Assembly: GCA_963771165.1 (NCBI GenBank)
Contig: CAVYSN010000021.1
Location: 8,502 to 72,501 of the forward strand
Direction: 5' to 3'
Length of the DNA: 64,000 bases
Source: an uncultured bacterium
GTDB lineage: Bacteria; Acidobacteriota; HRBIN11; JAKEFK01
In this document: positions 1 through 9,519 of the stretch, in pieces
Layout: every line of letters begins with the position of its first letter
How positions within the stretch are numbered: the first letter of the stretch is position 1
Position numbers and translations under genes: made by a program
Notes under the pieces: model-generated
Told to the model about the DNA's origin: nothing
What the model saw: only the letters and a program-made list of their open reading frames with translations
Database searches by the model: none

Positions 1-370
1 AAAGCAGCGATGTGAGAAGTGATATGCGCTTCGGAAAATAATGCAATGCGATCGTGCCGATGAGAATTGCAGATCCAGCGTCCAATATCGACTGTGCCGT
101 GTAGACCGCATTGTAGGAATGACCAAATAACCAGTACACAATGGCGAGAAACGCAGGATATCCCGGAGTGCGAAAGATCCCTGGAACGCGCGGTTCACTT
201 TGACTCGCTGTGTAACCGTGTCCCTGGGCGAGATTCCATCCGACTGCGTCGTTCCACAACAGATCGTTTACAGGCGGCTGCGCAAACAAATGAACAAAAG
301 TCAGCCGTACCCCGACGGCAAGAAGGAAAATCAGCAACGGAATGGGGACTTTGAATGAGGCCCGAATCAT
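1..370 (-). CDS. GT-C glycosyltransferase (GT39/ArnT-like), N-terminal fragment cut by window edge
   Basis: The reverse-strand frame is open from ATG at 370 to position 1. It is absent from the ORF track because no stop lies inside the window. Translation MIRASFKVPIPLLIFLLAVGVRLTFVHLFAQPPVNDLLWNDAVGWNLAQGHGY..FRTPGYPAFLAIVYWLFG shows TM1 plus the first-loop pattern of ArnT/PMT_2-type enzymes. Confidence 0.55.
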   Translation of the reverse strand, partial: MIRASFKVPIPLLIFLLAVGVRLTFVHLFAQPPVNDLLWNDAVGWNLAQGHGYTASQSEPRVPGIFRTPGYPAFLAIVYWLFGHSYNAVYTAQSILDAGSAILIGTIALHYFPKRISLLTSLL

Positions 371-463
371 TACAGGGATTATATCAAAGCATACGAACGC
401 ACTTCCGGGATTCAGTCATCCAGTCGCTGAGGAAAAACAGATACATAACCGAAATTCCTAAAT

Positions 464-1504
464 CTAATTAGAATCGTCCCCGGATCGAATCCCGAGGTTC
501 TCGTACCATCGGCGGGTTCGCAACATAGCGATTAAAAAGCCAATTCGTTGTTCCACATCCAGTACGGTAGGTTCCCCTTCAAGCTTCAACCGAAACAAAA
601 ATAATTTCAGTACCGTAACTCGATGGCGCTTCAGGCTTCGAAGTGCAACGAAAATCTTCCTGTTCCAGGCTCTCCTGGTTACTCTATGAAGCCTTTTGCT
701 ATCCGATTTGAGTGCAAGATGATAGGGAAATAATCGAACTTCCTGCGCGCCATATCCACGATGTAGCCGCCGCAGGTGAGCCCACTTCAGGCGGTGTTTT
801 GGTAAAAAATGGCGTAACCTTAATCGTGGCTCATACCATAACTGCCATCCTGCCAGACGCAAAGCGTAACACAGCTCTTTATCCTCCCCGGCGCTTAAAG
901 CTTTGCCCTTACGACCCACAAGCTTCGGATGGAATCCATTACTGACGAGCTGTTGCCAGGCAGACTTGCGAACATTCAATCCCGCTCCACACAACCAACC
1001 TCTTGTATTTGAAATGTCTCCGCCTTTTTCCCCCTGTGGTCCGATCACGTAACTTTCCTTATAAAGATCAAACCACCAGGGTGGATTATTTTCGTGCACA
1101 GCTTCAATATATCCGCCACAAGCGCCAACTTCGGGATGTTCAGTCATCACTTCTGACACGATTCGAACCCATTCGCGACAAACCCAATTATCATCATCTA
1201 TAAAGCTAACAATTTCATGTTTTGCTTCTGCAAAACCTCGCATGCGCGCGTGAGCCAGCCCCAATTTGGGCTCCTGGACGATACGGATAGACATTGTGTT
1301 ATTTGCGGGCCAAGCCCTCAAGGCAGTCTCTGAAGTTCCATCAATTGACGCATTATCAACAAGAATAACCTCCCATTGCAGCTCGCTTGGAACATCCTGG
1401 TTGGCCAAGTGCTCTAGGGTTCGAGGCAGACGTTCCGCACTATTGTGACCGCAGATAACTACGCTAACACCCATCAATATTCTGGAATTCGGTAAACCAT
1501 CCAT
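464..1504 (-). CDS. family 2 glycosyltransferase (GT-A fold)
   Basis: VSVVICGHNSAERLPRTLEHLANQD, VILVDNASIDGT and FIDDDN (DxD) are GT2 signatures. The track start at 1507 is GTG, so I used the adjacent ATG at 1504. MGVSVV at 1474 is an alternative start. Confidence 0.85.
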   Translation of the reverse strand: MDGLPNSRILMGVSVVICGHNSAERLPRTLEHLANQDVPSELQWEVILVDNASIDGTSETALRAWPANNTMSIRIVQEPKLGLAHARMRGFAEAKHEIVSFIDDDNWVCREWVRIVSEVMTEHPEVGACGGYIEAVHENNPPWWFDLYKESYVIGPQGEKGGDISNTRGWLCGAGLNVRKSAWQQLVSNGFHPKLVGRKGKALSAGEDKELCYALRLAGWQLWYEPRLRLRHFLPKHRLKWAHLRRLHRGYGAQEVRLFPYHLALKSDSKRLHRVTRRAWNRKIFVALRSLKRHRVTVLKLFLFRLKLEGEPTVLDVEQRIGFLIAMLRTRRWYENLGIRSGDDSN

Positions 1505-1614
1505 CACTATTTCGTTTTATAGACGGCAGTCCAAAGACAGTGTTAACTCCTTTTTTGAAAGTCAACACGAATGGCAGATTGGTCCAAAGCTATCATGTGG
1601 AAACGTTTGGCACT

Positions 1615-2877
1615 TCACGATCCCTGAACCTTGCGCTCGCGAATCGAAGCCGGTTTGCAATCTACATTCCAATGAACGGGAGGATACAAAAGCACACGAG
1701 AATAGTCTAGCCCTCGAAAAGATCCTGCAACGTTTAGCATGACCTGGGGGGATTGGCACCGTTTTTCCTCACCGTCCATCCTGCTTCCCGTGAACCAGAA
1801 ATGTACAACATAAATTCCGGGTGCTAACCAAAGCGCAGGCAAGTCAACACCGACATGATATCGACCTGCCACCGGAGACCCTGAAAAGAGATCCTGCCAA
1901 TTCACCCTTTCGCGTACTATGGCATTTCCTGTGCTGGCTTTGACTTTGAAAAAAAAATGTCCGTCAAGAAAATCTTCAGCCAGGTTGATATCCGCTCGGA
2001 CGGAAAACGGATGCTCTCTATTGATCGTCGATGAATCCTCACCGTTGACTTCAATTCTGATGTTCCGCCATCCACTGACCAGGCCGTCTTCCGCCGATTC
2101 ATCGGTGAAACTGGAGAAATACATTGCCAGTCCCTCATCAACAGGACCATGGTATTTTAATTCTCCCCCTTCCAGAAATATGCAGGTATCACACATCTCT
2201 TTAATGGATGCTAAATTGTGACTGACGAATAATACGGTTCGACCATCACTCGCAACTTCTTTCATTTTGGACAGGCATTTTTGTTGAAACTCGAAATCAC
2301 CAACAGCCAACACTTCATCAATAAAAAGAATATCAGGACGCAGGTGTGCCGCAACTGAGAACGCTAGTCGGACACGCATTCCTGTTGAGTAATGTTTGAC
2401 AGGGGTGTCGAGAAATTTACTGACCCCCGAAAAATCCACAATCTCATCAAATCTACGGTTAATCTCATTCCGTTTCATCCCTAGAATGGATCCGTTAAGA
2501 TAGATATTCTCTCTCCCTGTCAACTCTTGATGGAATCCTGTTCCCACTTCCAGCAAAGAGGTGGTTTTACCCCGTATTTCCGCATGTCCCTCAGTCGGTT
2601 CTATGATTCGAGTCAAAATCTTCAGAAGAGTGCTTTTTCCCGCTCCATTCCGTCCCACGATGCCGACTACATCCCCGCGTTGAATCTCAATGTTGATGTT
2701 CCTCAAGGCCCACATATCCTCGTCGGAGCTAACCCGTTTCGCAGCGCGCTTTGCCGATTTTTTAAAGGGCGAGAGAGCGGAAAGAATGATCGAATCACGA
2801 AGGGTTTTGTATCCTTTCGATTGCTTCAGTACGTATTTCTTAGAGAGATGGCTGATTCGTACGTCGATGTTAGGCAT
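1615..2877 (-). CDS. wzt: polysaccharide ABC exporter ATP-binding protein with C-terminal glycan-binding domain (Wzt type)
   Basis: Walker A GRNGAGKSTLLK, signature YSTGMRVRLAF and Walker B ILFIDE are present. The N-terminal ~250 aa resembles Wzt/TagH/KpsT ABC-2 ATPases. An extra ~165-aa beta-rich C-terminal domain matches the Wzt C-terminal carbohydrate-binding domain arrangement. Confidence 0.8.
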   Translation of the reverse strand: MPNIDVRISHLSKKYVLKQSKGYKTLRDSIILSALSPFKKSAKRAAKRVSSDEDMWALRNINIEIQRGDVVGIVGRNGAGKSTLLKILTRIIEPTEGHAEIRGKTTSLLEVGTGFHQELTGRENIYLNGSILGMKRNEINRRFDEIVDFSGVSKFLDTPVKHYSTGMRVRLAFSVAAHLRPDILFIDEVLAVGDFEFQQKCLSKMKEVASDGRTVLFVSHNLASIKEMCDTCIFLEGGELKYHGPVDEGLAMYFSSFTDESAEDGLVSGWRNIRIEVNGEDSSTINREHPFSVRADINLAEDFLDGHFFFKVKASTGNAIVRERVNWQDLFSGSPVAGRYHVGVDLPALWLAPGIYVVHFWFTGSRMDGEEKRCQSPQVMLNVAGSFRGLDYSRVLLYPPVHWNVDCKPASIRERKVQGS

Positions 2878-3002
2878 TGATTGAGTCAGGAAATCTTACT
2901 ATCAAAACAGGGAGCTAGTCAAAGAAACAGGCGCACGAAAACAGCATGGAGGCGGCAAGATGGCAGTTAAATCGAGAAGCGTAATGCATAAACGAACTAT
3001 TT

Positions 3003-3848
3003 TCATTTTTCTTTCCGGCAAATCAAATGGCTTTGTTCGCGATAATGGCTTCGCAACTCGAGAACCTTAAAATGTTTACTCCATGTTTTTCTTAGATAAT
3101 CTCTGCTCAGAAAAGTCGACATATGAACGCCCTTCTCTTCTCCCCAACTGTAACATCCTGCACACTCGTATTTTCGGTGAAACTCTCTATACGAGAGACT
3201 ATTGAAGTAATGATTCGCATCGAAAACCGAAACGATACACATTCCTCCCGGGCGCAATATGCGCTGTAACTCTTCCACCCAGTCCGGTACAAGCTCACAC
3301 GGAATATGAGTAAAGACTGAATTCGCATAAATGAAATCGAATTGTTCGTTATCGTAAGGTAGCGGCGGCCTGGAGTGAGTCAAAATAACATGGACCCGCT
3401 TACCGTGATGCACCTGGACCCAATCAATGACTTCTGGAGTTATGTCACACCCGTACAGGTTCGCACCAAACGGGTAGTAATGGAGGATCAACCGGCCAAG
3501 ACCAACTCCGATTTCCAAAATGTTTTTCATCTCCGGTAGAGCAGCGCCATAATCGAGCAATTCCTGGTGATAAGCAATACTGGCTCGATACCCTGAAGCG
3601 AAGAAAGCGTTTGCGTCAGCCTTATTGGCTAATTGAATTTTCAAAGCAAGTTCAAGCGGAGGAACCATTTGAGGATCCGTCTGTGCCGGATCAATCTCGA
3701 GGCCGTAATGTTTCCTGTAGAACTCCTTAAACACCTCAAACCAATAAATTCTTTCTTCGTACCACTGGGGGTCCGAGCCTTGTTTCGATTGTTGAATGCG
3801 GGTGATTCGCAGACCGAGTGGACGCAAAATGCGATCGATAAAGGCCAT
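3003..3848 (-). CDS. class I SAM-dependent methyltransferase
   Basis: Motif I ILEIGVGLGRLILHYY..GCDI and post-I FDFIYANSVFTHI. 281 aa with an ATG start. Confidence 0.75.
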   Translation of the reverse strand: MAFIDRILRPLGLRITRIQQSKQGSDPQWYEERIYWFEVFKEFYRKHYGLEIDPAQTDPQMVPPLELALKIQLANKADANAFFASGYRASIAYHQELLDYGAALPEMKNILEIGVGLGRLILHYYPFGANLYGCDITPEVIDWVQVHHGKRVHVILTHSRPPLPYDNEQFDFIYANSVFTHIPCELVPDWVEELQRILRPGGMCIVSVFDANHYFNSLSYREFHRKYECAGCYSWGEEKGVHMSTFLSRDYLRKTWSKHFKVLELRSHYREQSHLICRKEK

Positions 3849-4101
3849 TGGAGTTCCCGAGGTTTCAAGCTGCTATTATGTTGCAAATCGAGAGACAAGG
3901 CTAGCTTGTTCTTATACCGACCTGAGGGGAGCACACTGCGATACAAAATGAGACACTACGGGAGCACATCTTGATAGAGAGCGGCCGGTAAAATCGTGTA
4001 ATAATGTTGATAAAACATAACCCACGGAGCCTGAGGCCGAATTCTTCTTGAACAAGGGAATTTTTAGGAATTAAACCAGGTCGATAGATTTCCATCCATC
4101 C

Positions 4102-5736
4102 ATGCACCAGAAGGCTGCAACTCGAATCACATTAGCCCTCGTCCTTTTTCTCAATGTTTTCATGTTTTTTCATATGGAAAGACTCATCCAGGCGTTCGTG
4201 AGATTTCCGTTCGACACGGATGAAGCAGCCCATGCTCTCACCGCGCAATACTTCGCCGCTGACCTCGTCCAGTTCAATTTCCGTGCTTTGATGAAAGATT
4301 TTTATCGGTTAGCTTACTATCCACCAGTGGGGGCATTATTGAAAGCACCCACGTACATTGTTTTTGGAGTATCCAATTATTCAGCACGCGTATTCAGTCT
4401 GATTTGCCTTGTCATATCCACTGTTCTCATCTACCTGATTGGACTTCGTCTCAACAGAACGTACGGATGGTTTCTCGGATTACTGGCGGTATCACTCACA
4501 CTCAGTTCCATTGCCATTTTGCTGGCCGCCTCGATGTCGATGCTCGAAATGCCGGGACTCATGGTGTGCATGTTCGCGCTCTGGTTTTACCTGGTGGGCC
4601 TGGATAGAAATTCATGGCTCCTGAACCTGGGGCTCGGCTGCACCCTGGCCGCAGTGATGCTGACGAAGTATCCGTATGGCATTGTAATGACAATCGCTAT
4701 CGCGGCCAATGAAGTTCTTGAAGCCTTCTTATCAAGAAAGATTCCAGGGCGCCGTTGGCTTTTGATTTGTTTTCCATTTTGTCTAATTCTGACGGGTTGG
4801 TTCTGGGAGCCGTGGAAAATTTATGCATTTTTAGGTTACTCCAATGCGCAGCAGCACGGACTGGATCTCTACACCATTGAGAATTTTTTATACTATCCGA
4901 GGACACTGCATCTCCACTATTTCCCTTCTGCATTGTTCAGTCTTTTTGGCATTGCGAGTCTCATTTGGAGCGCCTATCGTTTTCGGGATAAGAAGCAAAG
5001 GGCAGTGTTTTTGTATTTTCTTGTTGGTGTTGCAATCATAACAATAGAAAGTCTAAAGAACATTCGATATATTGCGACTTTCGTTCCTGCACTGTACGTT
5101 CTTATAGGAATAACGCTGGTCGCAATATGGGAAAGATTACGAGATTCTTTGAAATCTGTTTTGTTACGCAGAGCAGTGAGCGTTGCATTTCTTGTGTTGA
5201 TTTTAGTAGGTGGTGCGCCCGCTTACGGTAAGCTTCGTCAAATCGCACCTGCACTTCAGGTAACTTACGAAACCGATCCACGGCTCCTCGACATACAGGA
5301 ATGGATCATTTTTCAGACGAATGGCGAGTCATTTTGCGTGGTTGAGCCTTGGGATAAGGTGAATCTACTTGCTCTGCAATGGGCAGCTCTTTCACAAAAC
5401 CCTGAAAAAATATTACATCCGAAGATGGTGAAGATAGGGCAATGCAAGGTCAGCCGTCGAGAAAACAAACTGGAAGTGAGAGAGCTACGAGGTCAGATTC
5501 CCAATTCGTCCTATCTGGTTGTGCTCTCCCGACCTGAGTCCGCATCAAGCAAATATCCTTTATGGTTGAAATCGACAATGCCTTTGGTCGCAGTTCGGAG
5601 CATCAAATATGAGGATTATTGGGACTTGTTTGCGCACGACTTGTCTCAACTGACCCAGGCGAAGCTGGAAGAGTTACAAACAGAAGGGCGAAACATAAAA
5701 AGCCTGACGGTTTACATTTTCAAGTTGCAATCTTGA
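4102..5736 (+). CDS. polytopic GT-C glycosyltransferase (GT39/PMT_2/ArnT-like)
   Basis: 544 aa with many hydrophobic helices over the first ~370 aa. An acidic first-loop motif FDTDEAAH is followed by a soluble C-terminal domain. This architecture is typical of lipid-linked-sugar-dependent GT-C enzymes. Confidence 0.6.
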   Translation: MHQKAATRITLALVLFLNVFMFFHMERLIQAFVRFPFDTDEAAHALTAQYFAADLVQFNFRALMKDFYRLAYYPPVGALLKAPTYIVFGVSNYSARVFSLICLVISTVLIYLIGLRLNRTYGWFLGLLAVSLTLSSIAILLAASMSMLEMPGLMVCMFALWFYLVGLDRNSWLLNLGLGCTLAAVMLTKYPYGIVMTIAIAANEVLEAFLSRKIPGRRWLLICFPFCLILTGWFWEPWKIYAFLGYSNAQQHGLDLYTIENFLYYPRTLHLHYFPSALFSLFGIASLIWSAYRFRDKKQRAVFLYFLVGVAIITIESLKNIRYIATFVPALYVLIGITLVAIWERLRDSLKSVLLRRAVSVAFLVLILVGGAPAYGKLRQIAPALQVTYETDPRLLDIQEWIIFQTNGESFCVVEPWDKVNLLALQWAALSQNPEKILHPKMVKIGQCKVSRRENKLEVRELRGQIPNSSYLVVLSRPESASSKYPLWLKSTMPLVAVRSIKYEDYWDLFAHDLSQLTQAKLEELQTEGRNIKSLTVYIFKLQS

Positions 5737-5737
5737 T

Positions 5738-7507
5738 CTAAGTCTTTTTGAAACGTTTGATTGCAACCATGCAGAGAATTGTAGTCAGGATCCCAATGAA
5801 GAATGAGTACAAAAGGTGTCTGTAACGTACGCTCGGGTAAATTTGTTTAACCCTGTGGCCCACTTTGTCGACAAGTGACATGTTCTGATCTGGATTTCCG
5901 ATCAGGTAGTCAGCGATTCTAGTGGCTTCATTTTCTGATAACCCTAAGTTTGGCATTCTTGAGTTGGGATTATCAAACCTCGGTTCTTGAAGGTGATATT
6001 TCAACCAAACACGAATTTGTTCTGTTCCCTTTGCGTTTAACACTTTCCGTCTTACCGGTGTGTATTCACGATAGGGTTCCCGATCAACATGATCCAGAAC
6101 GTCTACGGTTTGCTTGTATTCTTTTGATTGCAGCCGTTCCGAAATGCGGGTAATAAGGCCTTCTTTACCCAGGCTCGGACTCTGTGCATTCCGGTCCTCG
6201 CCCATACTGTGACAAGCAAAGCACCCTTTCATTCTCATCAGTGTCTGAGGCTCAAGATCACCTCCGCCAATACGAAAGGGATGCGCGCGCGCCGGGGCAT
6301 ATGTGATTTTCAAAATTGGAGACCTGCCTTCCTGATTGGGATAGATTGGAGCAACATAAAGTCCATCTGGCCCGAAACTCAATCCAGGTACATTTTGAAA
6401 CCTGGACCCCTGATACAGCAAAAAATGCTCTGGTGGACCGAGTAGGCCTCCTTCTTCTAATCCATAAGGAAAGCTAATGATTCCAGGCGGAGCAGCGGAA
6501 GTTGAGATGAAAAAACGTCTCGTGTATTCGGGCGGAAACAGCTTACTGTCCTTCGCAACATAATCCATTTGGGCCGGCCCAATTGCAGGGTGGAAAACGG
6601 CAAGAGCTTTCGCGCCGATGCTGAAATCCTTTCCATTCCAGAAATAGTTCTCCCCTGAGTGGATCTCCATAAAGCGGTCGATTTCGTCACCATTGTCTGC
6701 AGCGAACAGCTTTCCTTCAACCATCCGGAGAGCAAATGGATTTCGCATTCCGTACGCGTAGATAAAATTTGCAGCATTCTGAATTTCATCATTCACATAA
6801 AATGGATTCTGTCCTACAGGCTTTCCATCCAGAGTAAGGCGCAGAATTTTTCCGCGGAAATTATCCAGTTTCTGACTGTCTGCAGAAATGTGTGCATCTC
6901 CTACTCCAACATACAGCAAGCCGTCCTTGACCTGACAATTTCCAATTTGATGTTGAACTCCGGATTCGTAAGCCGAAAAAACATCCTTAAAATCAAGCTG
7001 GGAGGAAGGTTTCAAGGAAAAGGATTTTGGATTTGTTGAGAAACGGACAATGTTGTTATACGTAAATTTCTTAGAATCCTGATAAGCAAAAGTAACAAAA
7101 ACATAACCATGCTCGGGATCCAAGCAAACTCCAGCCATACCGAATTGTCCGGATAACTCTTTCATATCTTGTTGAGGATCAGAAGAGAAGAAGTTTAAAG
7201 CGAACGTTGAAACACTACGATCATTGGTGACAACTTTGACCGCGCCGCGGAGTTCCGTGACAAAGTAGAGGACGTCTTTCGGTCCAGGCCCAGGCTCAGG
7301 GACAAAAGCAATTGAAGTTGGGAAATGATAACCCTCTGTGTCAATTTCAATCGAAAAGGACTCTTGAACACCCCAATCCGTCTTCCAATCAAATGGAATA
7401 TGCTTTGGGAGAGATTGGGTTCGACACCCGGAGAGAATCGAAATAAGAATTCCTGTGAGGGCAAAAAAGAATCGACGTTTGGTCAACCGTTTCTTTTGTT
7501 CTGCCAC
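5738..7507 (-). CDS. lipoprotein: PQQ-type soluble sugar dehydrogenase beta-propeller fused to a c-type cytochrome domain and a C-terminal TM anchor
   Basis: Lipobox ILSGC. Glucose/sorbosone dehydrogenase-like blocks include GMRNPFAL and DNGDEIDRF. There is a single CFACH heme-binding site and a terminal hydrophobic helix LYSFFIGILTTILCMVAI. The start is GTG. Confidence 0.7.
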   Translation of the reverse strand: MAEQKKRLTKRRFFFALTGILISILSGCRTQSLPKHIPFDWKTDWGVQESFSIEIDTEGYHFPTSIAFVPEPGPGPKDVLYFVTELRGAVKVVTNDRSVSTFALNFFSSDPQQDMKELSGQFGMAGVCLDPEHGYVFVTFAYQDSKKFTYNNIVRFSTNPKSFSLKPSSQLDFKDVFSAYESGVQHQIGNCQVKDGLLYVGVGDAHISADSQKLDNFRGKILRLTLDGKPVGQNPFYVNDEIQNAANFIYAYGMRNPFALRMVEGKLFAADNGDEIDRFMEIHSGENYFWNGKDFSIGAKALAVFHPAIGPAQMDYVAKDSKLFPPEYTRRFFISTSAAPPGIISFPYGLEEGGLLGPPEHFLLYQGSRFQNVPGLSFGPDGLYVAPIYPNQEGRSPILKITYAPARAHPFRIGGGDLEPQTLMRMKGCFACHSMGEDRNAQSPSLGKEGLITRISERLQSKEYKQTVDVLDHVDREPYREYTPVRRKVLNAKGTEQIRVWLKYHLQEPRFDNPNSRMPNLGLSENEATRIADYLIGNPDQNMSLVDKVGHRVKQIYPSVRYRHLLYSFFIGILTTILCMVAIKRFKKT

Positions 7508-7801
7508 AATTCCAACGCCCAGCGTAGAACTATCCTTGGACTTCTGCGCAAGGCCATCTGGAGCCGTTGACGCATAGCCAAATCATTTTGTTCCCGGAGT
7601 GATAGGCTCATTTTAAGGATGCACCACCGAATTGCATGAGTGCAGTATATCTCAAAATTCTTGCGGTGAGGGGTAGTGGTTGAAGCGTCGAAAAAAACAG
7701 CATTGAGAGATTTCTTTTGACCTATGTTATCCTAAACTTTCACCATGAATTGCGGCTCGGACTTTCGAAAATAGAATAAGTGTGTACAAGGATATTTCTC
7801 G

Positions 7802-8596
7802 ATGGAAATGATGTCGCGCCGCGAGGCGCAAAAAAATCGCCGGCGCATCTCATTGAGCCTGATCAATTACAAGAAAATTTTGAGCTTACGAGGCGTTCAT
7901 CGTGATCGCCAGTGTGTCGTAGTTGCGACCGGCCCTTCCATTAATCAAACGGATTTATCTCTTATCGAGAACCATCCTTTTGTACTGGGCGTAAACGCTG
8001 CCTATCGGTTGCGGAGCCAATTTAAATATTATTTTTGCTCCGACAGTAACTTTTACTTCCCCAACATAAACGAGATTCATCGGCTAAGCCCAGATTATTT
8101 CTTCCTTTCTTCTCATATTCGCTTCCGAAACGACCCCAGATGTGTTTATCTAAAAGTGGATGAGATGTCAGCAGCAAAGCAAAGAGCGATGGCAAGATTT
8201 CAGACCAACTTGCTAAGGACGCTTTCGTGGGGCCCGACCGTCATTTTGGATCTTGTTCTTCCTACCGCGTTATGGATGGGATTCACAGAAATCATATTGC
8301 TGGGAACAGACTACCCATTGGAGTCATACGGTCACTTTTACCCCGAGGCTGATCATAAAGTCTTGTTATCCGGGAGAATCAACTTTCGTAAAGAGATGCT
8401 ACTTGCCAGGGAAGGCTTCCGGGTGCTCTTAAGTACCTTAAAAGAGCGAAAACAAAACGTAAAAATTTATAATTGCTCACCCTTATCGGAACTTGAATGC
8501 TTTGAGAAAAAGACATTGTCGGAAGTGATCGCTACGAGTCGACCGTTTCTTTCTCCGGATCGATCAGTCCTTGAGTCCCCGACCCATTCCATTTGA
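7802..8596 (+). CDS. DUF115/MptE-like protein, putative glycosyltransferase
   Basis: CVVVATGPSINQTDLSLI..FVLGVNAAY resembles the GNGPSL nucleotide-binding start of DUF115/GT42-like enzymes found in glycan clusters. The assignment comes from motif resemblance only. Confidence 0.4.
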   Translation: MEMMSRREAQKNRRRISLSLINYKKILSLRGVHRDRQCVVVATGPSINQTDLSLIENHPFVLGVNAAYRLRSQFKYYFCSDSNFYFPNINEIHRLSPDYFFLSSHIRFRNDPRCVYLKVDEMSAAKQRAMARFQTNLLRTLSWGPTVILDLVLPTALWMGFTEIILLGTDYPLESYGHFYPEADHKVLLSGRINFRKEMLLAREGFRVLLSTLKERKQNVKIYNCSPLSELECFEKKTLSEVIATSRPFLSPDRSVLESPTHSI

Positions 8597-9300
8597 TGGG
8601 AGTTCTCAGATTTATCCATAGTATCTTTCACCCTGTGTACGCATCGGTGCGATCCCACCCCCTGTCGATTTCTTTACTCTTCGGTGTGAAGGTTCCTAAA
8701 GGCGCGATAATTCATTGGGATACCACAACGCTTCTGCTTAAAAATGCACTAAGAAAGGTGGCTCGTAAGAACGACTCAGTACTGGAAATGGGGGTGGGGC
8801 AAGCTGCATTATTGAGTATCTGCCTTCAAAAAAAATTCATCAGCACAATGAAAATTGACGGAGTTGATGTGTCGGCGTCACGAGTAGAAAGCGCACAGGG
8901 AATTGCCTATCTGAACCGGTGTGAAATGAACATCTGGCAGAGTGATCTTTTTCGAAATGTTCGTCAGCGCTATGATCTGATTTTTTTTAATCCTCCTTAT
9001 GTCCCAACCGCGATTGGTAAATCCCTGGAGCTTACCAGACGTTTGTCTACAGATGGTGATCAAGTCTGGGACGGAGGAGAATCGGGGACCAATGTCATTC
9101 AAGAATTTTTAGCAAGCGCAGGGAGTCATTTACAACCGTCCGGGCGTATTTTGCTGGGAGTTCAGGACTATTATGTGAAGCGGAAACAAATCGAAGAAAT
9201 TGCCTCCAGACACGACTATGAAATTATAAACGTGTTTACTGCGTGGGTGAATCCAAGCGTTGTGTATCTTCTGGTGCGGAAGCATCCGGGAACCGACTAA
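8596..9300 (+). CDS. NPPY-motif SAM-dependent N-methyltransferase (HemK/PrmC-like)
   Basis: VLEMGVGQAAL (motif I) and DLIFFNPPYVPT (NPPY catalytic motif). ATG 8596 overlaps the upstream TGA (TGATG), suggesting translational coupling. Confidence 0.7.
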   Translation: MGVLRFIHSIFHPVYASVRSHPLSISLLFGVKVPKGAIIHWDTTTLLLKNALRKVARKNDSVLEMGVGQAALLSICLQKKFISTMKIDGVDVSASRVESAQGIAYLNRCEMNIWQSDLFRNVRQRYDLIFFNPPYVPTAIGKSLELTRRLSTDGDQVWDGGESGTNVIQEFLASAGSHLQPSGRILLGVQDYYVKRKQIEEIASRHDYEIINVFTAWVNPSVVYLLVRKHPGTD

Positions 9301-9519
9301 ACCTCCTCATCTTGGCGAAGCGCCTGGCCGTTCGGCAATTTCCATTACATACTCTTTACAACTTCGAGCGCTTTGAGGAGAATATAATGTACGATTCCGC
9401 GCTCCAGGAAAAAGGCTTAACCGAGCTTTGAATGATGTGGGGAAGCCCAGCCTTCATGGATTTTCAGATGTTTCCGTGTCGAGGCAAAAGCAAATTCTTA
9501 TAGATCGCGTCCGAACTCG

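Noticed and set aside
67-354. 95-aa plus-strand ORF at the left edge
   Set aside because: It starts with TTG and lies entirely antisense to a much better reverse-strand frame (1..370) encoding a GT-C glycosyltransferase N-terminus. It has no RBS and no recognisable motif.
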